A DNA stretch of 64,000 bases, taken from NCBI GenBank assembly GCA_951406725.2, contig OX597826.1:35216001-35280000 (forward strand), read 5' to 3'. The translations under genes were made by a program, and so were the position numbers. Shown in pieces: positions 53,651-64,000 of the stretch. Numbering within the stretch: the stretch's first letter is position 1; each line of letters starts with the position of its first letter. Below the pieces are notes generated by a model. It searched no databases, was not told where the DNA came from, and saw only the letters and a list, made by a program, of their open reading frames with translations. Origin of the DNA: Octopus vulgaris. Lineage: Eukaryota.

Positions 53651-53964
53651 ATGAGTGTTCGTAGAAGATATACCCTAGGTGTATAAAAAGTATAAAACTA
53701 AAATAGAAAAAACTTTTAAATAATTATTATGAATTAATATTTAATAAGAAATATAAAGCACTATGAAATATATGAAGTACATATAACATGCTAAAAGTAC
53801 ATATATTAAGTATACATGTAACTTCAATTTGGTAAGCATAAACGTACAAGCACCTCCAAAATCTTACACGAGAACTTTAGCTCTGCGTAGAAAAATAATT
53901 CCATTTCTATGCAAAATCAACGTTTTCCTATTTGTGGGTAGTAACTTTAAACACTGGTATCAAA

Positions 53965-54087
<123 letters not shown>

Positions 54088-54164
54088 TAATCTAAACAGG
54101 AAAACACAAAGAGAAAACACATCAACGCGAGAACGTGGATATATATATATATATATATATATAA

Positions 54165-54460
54165 GTAGAGGTGACTAGGGCACAGGCTCGCGGTCGTAGG
54201 ATCGGGGTTTTGTTTTCTAGACCGGACTTGGTGAGTGTTTATTGAGCGAAAACATCTAAAAGCTCCACGAGGCTCCGGCAACGGGTGGTGGCGAACCCTG
54301 CTGTACTCTTTCACCACAACTTTCTCTCGCTCTTTTTTCCTGTTTCTGCTCTACCTTTACTTCAAAGGACCATCCTTGGCACATTCTGTGACACGCTGAA
54401 TCACCTCCCCAGCAACATGCACGTTAATTTCATGAGCAGACTGTTCCATTAATCGGTTCA
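54165..54460 (+). mobile_element. SINE (H2 + T1), diverged
   Basis: Colinear with 8253-8638. Confidence 0.85.
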
Positions 54461-54469
54461 ACGGATATA

Positions 54470-54509
<40 letters not shown>

Positions 54510-54630
54510 TATTGGTGAATTGAAGAAATGGAGCTGAACGAAGATTGAACAGAAATCGTTTTATTTCAACCAAGGTATCGGTTAAACTTTTGATTAATCT
54601 GCTACAAGATTATTCATCTTTCTATTTCAC

Positions 54631-54686
<56 letters not shown>

Positions 54687-54881
54687 TAGGTGAATGAATT
54701 ATCCTATGTTTATCGTCAGCATGGAAAATTCGTTTAACCGAAACCTGGGTAGCAAATTCACGTCAGAAAACACGGTTGAAGCGACCTGTCAATGGTAGAA
54801 ACTCGGGTTCATGTGTAGAAATTTGTATGTTGTATATGAATAAATGAAAGAATGGAGTCGAACGAAGATGTTAACAAAATT

Positions 54882-54975
54882 CCTTTACTCTCGACACATG
54901 TTTCGAAGACAGCATATTTTCATTACGAAGGAATAAAGGGTGCATTATGCAATCTTCTCATCAGGAAAGAAAAGG
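54882..54975 (-). ncRNA. Type-I hammerhead ribozyme, intact core
   Basis: UCCUUUUCUUUC-CUGAUGA-[GAAGAU.GCAUA/UAUGC.GUCUUC stem II]-GAAA-CAUGU-GUC^GAGAGUAAAGGA. Stem I has 11 pairs around one U-U mismatch; stem III contains the palindrome ACAUGU. Confidence 0.8.
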
Positions 54976-55485
54976 ACCCTCTCTCGACAACAAGACAAAC
55001 AAAAATTTGGAAAAATCGTACAAATGTAAACATTGGCAGAAACACACTTTCTACTCATATAAATGATAACGATAGTCATTGTGGTTTTAACAATTAGCTT
55101 CACGTCCACCCCACTGCTATAGAGAAATTCTTTCCTAAGCCTTCGAACATTCTTTCAATCAACGTACACTTCCCCCTCCCCCACTTGTTCCCTACCTATT
55201 ACTCCTTTATATCTTCCCTTACTACTACCTATCTTTGACGTCTGTCTCTCTCTCACACACGCAATCACACACACAAACACACGCACTCATTAACACAAGC
55301 ACACACCCACACATTTCCATACATACAGCAAACATACTGTCCCCTACCTATTTTTACTTCATCCTACTATCCATTTTTGACGTCAATGCTTCTAATGGAT
55401 TTTTTTTAAAAAAAACTCATTATCGCTTTGGGTACCATGTAGGCAATCATCGACATTTTTGTTTGTCTTGTTGTCGAGAGAGGCT

Positions 55486-55580
55486 CCTTTTCTTTCTTGA
55501 TGAGAAGATTGCATAATGCACCCTTTATTCCTTCGGAATGAAAATATGCTGTCTTCGAAATATGTGTCGAGAGTAAAGGA
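55486..55580 (+). ncRNA. Hammerhead ribozyme, second copy with C3U and stem-III substitutions
   Basis: TTGATGA at 55497-55503, GAAA at 55557-55560, GTC at 55566-55568. Confidence 0.6.
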
Positions 55581-55611
55581 ATTTTGTTAACATCTTCGTT
55601 CGACTCCAATC

Positions 55612-55670
<59 letters not shown>

Positions 55671-56137
55671 TAAATGCATCTCCTCTCCCCCTCACCGTTC
55701 CCTCGCTCGCTCTCTCTCTCTCTCACACACTCTACCTCCACAGCATTTATAACCTATGATGATATACAGAGATAATTGTTAAGCTTAATCCCAATTTTTT
55801 CAATCAAATTTTATACTTAAATGTTAAATATATTTCACTACCGCCAACAGCAAAAGTGTAACTTAGAACTGGTTTACTGTGATAGAATCTTCTCTGAAAT
55901 TTCGAAAGTTCAGCAAAAAAAACTTACTCTACCTTGCAAAATCATCATGTGGAGCTACGATCTGCTTAGCCTAAATTATTTTTCACTTATTCCTCTTATT
56001 CCTTGATGCATTTATTGTGATCCGACATTTCGATAAACTACATTTGAAATAATATGTTATGCAAATTAGTAACACCTTCACTATCAATATTGTGCCATCC
56101 ACTAGTTCACTAACAAGACCTAATCTTAGGCTATCTC

Positions 56138-56369
56138 AGGCGGCGAGCTGCCAAAAACGTTAGCACGCCGGGCGAAATGCTTATCAGTATTTCGTCTGCC
56201 ACTACGTTCTGAGTTCAAATTCCACCGAGGCCGACTTTACCTTTCATCCTTTCGGGGTCGATTAAATAAGTACCAGTTACGCACTGGGGTCGATATAATC
56301 GACTTAATCCGTTTGTCTGTCCTTGTTTGTCCTCTCTGTGTTTAGCTCCTTGTGGGTAGTAAAGAAATA
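56138..56369 (+). mobile_element. SINE family 2, full length
   Basis: TSD GCTATCTC at 56130-56137 and 56370-56377. Confidence 0.9.
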
Positions 56370-56757
56370 GCTATCTCTTCCACTACAATTGCAGTGGTTA
56401 CTGTTTCTATATATAGGCGTTTTGAGTGAAAATGAGTACACCAACCTGTCTAAAACAATGAAGGATATTGAAGGATATTATTGCGAAGAATACGATCATT
56501 GTGGCGGCGAAAATGCCATCTGAATCTACTTGAAATTGTTGCAAAATCAGGAACAGTATTTTGTATTATTAAATTTGGGATTAATGTTCTAAAGGTAGTT
56601 TGGTCACGACTAGAATGCATTTAACCATCTCACTGATCAGTCAGGACTGAACCGGGGCTAAAAGCCAATGACTGCGAAATTTTCGCTTTTAATTTCTTCC
56701 CTTTTTCATTCCTCAAAACCTTACATTAAACTATAGTGTCCTTCATCCTCTTACCGA

Positions 56758-56820
<63 letters not shown>

Positions 56821-59800
56821 TAATCAGTCCCCGATAGCTATTTCGGGATATTGTGATGCAAACTTTCAATCTGAATATATCAATGTCATCGACCTAACTA
56901 GTCAGGAAGAAGAATGTATAGTAACAACACAAATTATTCTTCCTTCTGCTAGAAATGATTCTTTAATGGTTTCTTGTCGTAACATTTCCAATAAAAGAAA
57001 TTATTGAAGCAAATATTCACCTTGGAATGTCAAACTATTTTTGAAATATATTTTAATAAAATAATAAGGGCCATCATTTTAATAAGATCTATTTCAGTTC
57101 ATATATATTTTGAATGAACATCAACGAAGCTTACACGCTCTCATACAGACATTTGTGCGTGTCAGTATACATTATATGTATGCGTTTATGCTTATGTGTA
57201 CATATACATGTATGTGTATATACGTATATATGTATGTGTGTGTGTGTATGTATATGTATGCATGTAAATTCTAGTTTTATATGTTTCTAATATACTCTCC
57301 TACCGAGAAACAATTGGCCGCCAACCAAGAAGCAAACCTCCCTCATTTGAATTTAGCCAGCGTTAACTAAATGTGTATATCTGTGTGAATGTGTGTGTGA
57401 GGGAGAAAGAGAAAGTGCACGTTTGCATGGAAACACGCCATGATGTGGTGTATAAATATGCAAGGTAAAACTGTATTTATGTCACTAAATTGAGTGAATC
57501 TTAAAATCAGTGACAAATGAACTTACGAGACACCTTCAGGCACTTTATATCCAGACATCAAATTCTGTGAAGGACAACTTTCGTTTTAATCTTTTAGAGG
57601 CCCATACCATACCATAAAGTGTCAGTACCTATTCATGGATCTGTGGAATTGTTAGAGCATTTGTCAAAATGTTTGTCGAAGTGTTTTCTGGATCTTTGTG
57701 TTCTAAACTTGCGTTCGACAACACAAATGCCAAGCTTTCCGCCCTTGCCTATATAAGAACAATTATGTAGATGAAGAGAAGGAAATTTCCTGCACTATCA
57801 ACTACAGTCCTACAATAAAACACATTCCCTACATTTGCACCCATGATAGGATCATCTAGGATACACATAAATTGTCAATATTTACCAAGTAAAACTTTTC
57901 TTCTATATTTATAGATATATTTCTATGCTTATGCATGCGCTTGTGCATATACCTCTGTCTAAGATAGAGGAATATTTCACTGGGAATTACAGCTCAATTA
58001 ATGGCTAGTAATTGATGATTTGTAAAGTAATCATATTTTTTCTGGTTTCATAAAACCCAACATTTGTGCGCTGTACATTTGAAACTTACGTATGTCTATA
58101 TCAATAATTTATGTATACCAATGTGCACACATTGATATACACAAATACACACACATATCTCTCAATATATGTGTGTGTATTTGTGTGTGTGCGTGTGCGC
58201 GTGTATATAAATACACATACACATATATATGTATATACGTGTATGTATATGTACGCATAGAGGAATTTACATATTCCCTTTTTGTGTATGTTTTTAGACG
58301 TGATTTGTTTTCAATTTGGAATTTTTGCTTCACATAAAAGATTCTAGAAAATATATCAATAAATAAATAAAAGCACAGGGATTGAAATGACAAACCTGAC
58401 CAAAATATATGGGTTTGGGAAATGTTATAGAAAACTTTTGCATTTCACCAAATGCATTGACTCTAAATTTTTAATCAAAAACCATTTGTTCGATCCAAGC
58501 ATAAAAAGGGCGTGTGTGTGTATGTGCATATAACCGAAAGATGAAATAAATTACAAGACAAAATTGTTGAAATGGAATGACAAAATCAACTGGAATTCAC
58601 AAGGAAAACAAAATAGTTTAAATATCAAAAATATCTAAACTTCTTCCCATTGCATTTAATAGATAAGAAAACTCAACACATTTTAATGCTTGCATTCTAT
58701 TAAGCATTAAATACAAAGAATTACTTATTATTTTTTTCAGTTATGCATTACCACTTCCTACAAGAAAAATACCCTTGTCAAAACCGTATAAATTCTTTAA
58801 CTATGAATTTATATGTTCATGATAAATATTTTAATCTATCCATCTATATTTATATAAATATTCTTTTTTTCATAATGGCGAGATCATCGGAAAATTTCTT
58901 CTTCTCTGATACACTGTAGTAATTGTTATTAACAGTCGTAACAGTTGTTAGAAGCAGCAGCTTTTAGTAAAACAAAAACAAAAAAAACATTTTGTGTAGA
59001 TAAAAGATGTTTATTGAAATTTTTTGCTAATTTTAAATGGAAATCGGAAATAAAATAGAAGCCAAAATTCTGCAAGTGTAAGAGGAGATGCATTTTCTTT
59101 TTTTTTTTTCATCATTATTTCTGTTTAGAAAAAAAAAAAACTGGGAGAAATTTCGAATTCATTCGGCAGCAACAGCCGTTTTGCTTTTAGTATTTTTAAT
59201 TCTAATAGCAGAAATGCTTAGATGTTTTGTCCAAATTAAAAAAAGCATTAGCTAATAACTTTCTGTTTTTTCCGGGGTTTTTTTTTTTTGGCGTACTTAA
59301 TGACCATAAATTGTGGTCATTATTTCAATGATAATGTGATGTCTTGACAGAATTGCTTGAGCGTTGTACTAAATGCTTTGCCCTCAATACTTCCAGCTCT
59401 GTACGTTCTGTGTTCAAAACACACCGTGGTCAACTTTGCTGTTTATCTTTCTGTGATCAATAAAATAATGCAACAGTCAGGTGCTGGGAGTTATTGCAAT
59501 CGCCATGCTCGTTACCTTAATGTTGTTGGTACCGTACCTAAATTATGCCATCAGTAGTTTGCTTTGGGTTAAGATGGTCATCAATGAAGTTTAACAAGAG
59601 GTGAACTGATTCCAGGCAGTTTCCATTATCACTGTCCTTCCTGATGCTGTTGCTGTTGCTTCAGTTTAAACTAACGTTAAATCACATTAAATAATCCTGA
59701 ATTCAAGGGCGTTCCTGCCTTGACTATTCAATATTTTCCCAATCGTGTCTACACTAGATACATGTAGTGTTGGATTTATCTAGAGACTAGAGTGGCTGAA

Positions 59801-59828
59801 TTTAATCACTCAAAATCCGGTGACATCC

Positions 59829-59861
<33 letters not shown>

Positions 59862-59867
<6 letters not shown>

Positions 59868-60710
59868 TATTAAAGGGACAACAAACGTTAAGGCAAGGCA
59901 AACATCTCAAGTCATATACAATATTATTATTGGAAAAAATTCTAAGTCATACAGCTGTTTCTGAGATAACCCCGTGTATGGGATATTCCATCAGCAAAGA
60001 CAAATAGGGAACAATAGGGAGAATGCGAAGTGTATATATTAATGAAATGACGACATAGAGCAAGGGAGTAAAGGAATAAAGAGATGAAGAGAGAGAAGAA
60101 AAAAGAAGCGTAAAAGTTCATAGGTCAACTTTCCGATGTTATAGAAACAAGTGCATCAGTCTTTAGGTGCAATCCTGCACAGATCCATGTGTGATAAAAT
60201 CCTGACATTCTAAACATCCAGAGAAAAATGACGCGAACATGTCAACGTTCAATAACAGAACGGTAACGGGGGTGGCTATTAAGTGGTAAGAAGAAAGAAA
60301 TGTAATTAAATAGAAACAGAGGTAAGGATCAAAGTGCAGGGAGAAAGTTAGCTTCAAACAAATCGTGGTAAATATAAAAACAACTTTCAGGGATAATAGT
60401 GGTTTATTGAGACAGAAAGTTGAAGATGTTTTTCTAATCGAAGTACGATGAATTGAAAAAAGTTATTTTTATATTTCACGGTAGGCAACCAGGGTTGCCG
60501 GGTATGCAAATAAGAAAACAAGAGTTAAGGGTTAATAAGATCCGGGTTACGTATATTTCATAGCGAGGGAAACCTCAGAAGTGGTATATATCCAAGCGAG
60601 AAGTTACTCATGAAGCCAAGGATATCTTCATTAAATAACAGTTTACATTGTTGGAAGGGGGTACATGTTAACATATGGAAGATTCAATCCGAATCTTATA
60701 TATTTACCTG
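59862..60710 (-). mobile_element. Decayed Penelope-like remnant between (TA)n tracts
   Basis: Hammerhead-like CTGATGG...GAAA-CAGCTG-TA at about 59950-59994 (minus). Frameshifted fragments HVPPSNN, CKLLFNEDIL and SEVS near 60570-60670 resemble the C-terminus of PLE GIY-YIG domains. Confidence 0.45.
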
Positions 60711-61060
60711 ATATATATATATATATATATATAAATATATATACATACACAAGTGAGTAGACAAACGAAAGAAGGGCACTCTACACATTTATTGAGATTT
60801 ACATGGCCAAAGACTGGCCACTCGCTTGAAACTCAGAGAACCCAGGAGGCTAACTCGATCTGTTTCGGTCTATCTAACTATATGTATGTTTGCGTGTGTG
60901 TGTTTGTGTCTATAACAATTCGTTTTACAAGATTCCTGATTGAAATCGTTTGCTGAAGCAGATGTATTTCGGTATGGTCATCTTTTTTTCTTTTGCCAAA
61001 TAAGCACAGGCACTTTGGCCAAAAAAAATGACCATCCTGAAATACGATATATATTCTGTC

Positions 61061-61451
61061 CCACGCTGCCGTACTTGCTCTTCCCTCTCCGACACCTCTA
61101 TACTCACATGCACCCGTCATCGTCCCTGTCATATCACCGACTCCTTTACCTGCACTTCTAGCAAAGTCATTTGCTGCATCTACTGCTCTTTCTGCCCTTC
61201 TCTGTAAATCGGTCAAACGGAACGCCGCTTGAATCGCCGGTTCGTAGAGCACCTCCGAGACATCAGACTCGGCAATGGCACCCCGTTCTCGCGCTATTTC
61301 CGCTCTATCAGTCATTCACTACAACACCTATGTTCGGATTGTCTTTGTACAGGGGCCATCCGGACTCCTTCTTTCGCCGTGAACAGGAATTGATCTTCTC
61401 TCTTTCCTCCTTTGCGCCACATGGGTTCAGTTTTTTCCTCCCTTCATCTGA
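61061..61451 (+). pseudogene. Penelope-like (Neptune-type) GIY-YIG endonuclease pseudogene
   Basis: PRCRTC...ITDSFTCTSSKVICCIYCSFCPSL*IGQTERRLNRRFVEHLRDIR...PFSRYF, then a frameshift to RREQELIFSLSSFAPHG. TAA at 61205 replaces the Tyr of YIG. Confidence 0.9.
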
Positions 61452-62094
61452 CTCCCCTCCTCTCCTCTCTTCCACCGACACCTACTTCCTCTCTTCACTC
61501 CTACCCACGTTCTTCATTGATACCCCTCCACCCACACATACACACCAACATCCCCACTCCACACACATATCCCCAACCCACAGCCTCACCCCACACTCTT
61601 ATCCCACACCATGCACCACCACGTCACCACACTACATCACACCGCCTCACACCACTCCACACACACTAGCACTGACCACTTCCCAGCAGCCACACAACAC
61701 ACCATCATCTGCACACCCACACACCATCATCCACACACCCACACATTTCAGACGCGCGCACACACGCACATATCCACACACGTCAAAATCACTAGCTCTT
61801 ATCCACACACATTCGCGCACCTTCATTTTGGGATCACCAAACTTTATTATCTCTTTCCTTCTTTCTGCCTCTCCTGTCAAATCTTTTTCCCAACCAGTCA
61901 CCATACTTAATCGCTAAATCCACACGTTTTTCATTCTCTCTTTGTTTATTTTCTTTTATTCCTTTGTGTAAAAGGAATAAAACGTAAAAGAAGGAAACGT
62001 AAAAGACTCTCTCCCTTTCCCGAGCGTCAGACAAATACACTTGCTTGTTGTTCATACACCTGTCTTCATCTTTTGCTTGTCTGTAATTTTCAGC

Positions 62095-62095
<1 letters not shown>
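61452..62095 (+). mobile_element. PLE 3' UTR (CA/CT-rich) and pLTR ending at (TA)n
   Basis: Follows the GIY-YIG stop. GAAACGTAAAAGACT...CGAGCGT...TTGTTGTT...GTCTT matches 45849-46035; the hammerhead core is disrupted by a local duplication. Confidence 0.75.
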
Positions 62096-62142
<47 letters not shown>

Positions 62143-62814
62143 AATTTAATATTCAAGGCGGGCTTCTTTCAGTTTCCCTCTAACAAATCCACTCACAAGC
62201 CTTAAGTTGGCCCGAGGTTATAGTAGAAGACTTAATCGACTTAATCCCTTTGTTTTTCTAAGCCCTGTAACATATATATATATATGGAACGAAAACGCAA
62301 TAGAGGGCATTATAACATTCGGACAGATAGACGATACAAAGGCGGACAAGTGAAACAACAATTAGAAGGACAGGCAAAATAAAAGACGTGTCATTCGTGG
62401 CTTTCCTTCCTCAGTCAAGTTCCAGAAGTCACGAACATTTCAGGCAGTTACACTTGAGATGGTTCGATCTGGTATACATATATATGTGTGTGTATATATA
62501 AATAAGGATAAGATCGTTAATTTAAATATCGATCTTATCAAGTTGCCAGTATGGGCATAAAAACCTTCAAAGGTAATAATTATTATAATTAAGGGTATCT
62601 AAGACATACCTCCACGCTGAAAATAGCAGCCAAAACTCGACTCTAAAACTACATTAAGTGTTCATACCCCACCAATACATACATACACATACATACACAT
62701 ACACACACATACACACACACGCATATACATATATACATACGAAATTTCTTGACTGAAAATTTCATAGCTTTAAGGGTATCGTGAAGGGCCTGTGGAGGCC
62801 CAACCTTTAGAGGT

Positions 62815-62940
62815 TTTTTTTTTTTTACAGGGCTTAGAAAAACTAAAAGGCCCTCCACAATAAGAGTGTCAATCTGAAAGGGGAATATGTTGAATAAAAT
62901 CATAATTGACTGATACCCCTTATTTTCTTTTACCCGCCCT
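62815..62940 (+). mobile_element. mariner transposase extreme 3' fragment
   Basis: KSVNLKGEYVE* (stop 62895-62897) resembles the mariner C-terminus KCIELKGDYVE. Confidence 0.5.
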
Positions 62941-63616
62941 GCATACATGTATATATATGTGTCTGTGTGTATATAAATATATACATATATATATTTAGAT
63001 ATGCACATATATACATGAGTGAATGTGTGTGTGTGTGTGTAAGTCTCAGCTGGATAGTTTTAATAAGTGTCTTATATTAACTGATGTTTATACATAGTAA
63101 TTGAAGCGATAGCCTTTTACCCAACCTAACTGATAACTTCCAGCTTCCTTCGGCGCAACCTGCCACCACAACCACCACCACAGCCACCGCCATCACCACC
63201 ATCACAACAACCACTACCGCATTCATTCTACGCGGGTTTGATCTCCTGGTTTATCCAATTCACTCAATATTTACTGTAGTAACACTGTGAAGTAATGTAT
63301 CTCTTATCAGATAACAGAGTTTTGTGGAAAGGGTTTTACTGATGCAACGAATGACACATAACACACGTTTACTGTTGGACGGGAGTAAATGAAACAGTCG
63401 TGGAATGATAACAATGTATACTAGGATTGACAGAGAGAGCATGAGAGAAGAAAGATGGGGAGATAGACTGAGAGAAAGGGAGAGAGAGACAGGGGGAAGG
63501 AGAGAGAGAGAGAGAGAGCTAAAGAGGAAAGATTAACGGCTGAGAAGAATTCAAGTTTCAGTAAATGCCTACACAGACTCATATCTGTGTTCAAATTATA
63601 TATTTATGTATGTATG

Positions 63617-63647
<31 letters not shown>

Positions 63648-63848
63648 TACGATATGATATGAGTGTGTGTATATAAAGAAAAAAGAAAAGAGGAGGAGAG
63701 AGAGAACTGAAGCGGTCCAGGGCAAGGAAAACCATAGTTCAACTGAGTACTTAATAAGCGAGTTGAGCGGAATCTATATACATGCATACGTATGTATATG
63801 TATGTATATATATATATATATATATACACATGCATACGTATGTATATG

Positions 63849-63902
<54 letters not shown>

Positions 63903-64000
63903 TATATATATATATACATATATATATTTATATATATATGTATATATATGTATATATATATATATATATACACACATATATATATATACACACACATCTA

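Larger units (their letters stand above)
54844..55617. mobile_element. Penelope-like remnant bounded by inverted pLTRs (arms 54844-55006 and 55455-55617)
   Basis: 163-bp inverted arms with a few substitutions, a CA-rich interior like the PLE 3' UTR at 61450-61820, and a (TA)n right flank. Confidence 0.8.

Noticed and set aside
52300-53900. Possible mitochondrial insertion (very AT-rich)
   Set aside because: No recognisable mitochondrial gene, rRNA or tRNA; the residual motifs fit a decayed PLE better.
60878-61315. 145-aa minus-strand ORF with natural-looking composition
   Set aside because: Antisense shadow of the GIY-YIG pseudogene.
61171-61917. 248-aa ORF, the longest in the track
   Set aside because: Mostly off-frame to the GIY-YIG remnant and extended by low-complexity CA-rich UTR; only the RREQELIF segment is in the element frame.

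Overview
Eukaryotic, AT-rich, non-coding (intronic or intergenic) DNA. The repeat content resembles what I know of octopus (coleoid cephalopod) genomes, but that assignment is an inference. No host protein-coding gene can be identified with confidence, and nearly all track ORFs are microsatellite or SINE artefacts. The window holds about 20 tRNA-derived SINE copies built from shuffled modules, a truncated Tc1 transposase, mariner remnants including a palindromic element made of two 3' ends, RTE and CR1 LINE 3' ends, and three hairpin MITEs. It also holds several Penelope-like element (PLE) remnants sitting in (TA)n tracts. The most notable signals are: (i) an intact type-I hammerhead ribozyme fold at 54882-54975 (minus strand) in an inverted pLTR pair, whose single core has a GUC/GAGAG site on each side, 93 nt apart; (ii) a 1.6-kb near-perfect palindrome (33997-35601, 763-bp arms) with hammerhead-like termini and an internal 44-bp minisatellite; (iii) further hammerhead-like motifs, two of them with a non-canonical YUGUCGA core; (iv) a Neptune-type GIY-YIG endonuclease pseudogene at about 61.1 kb.
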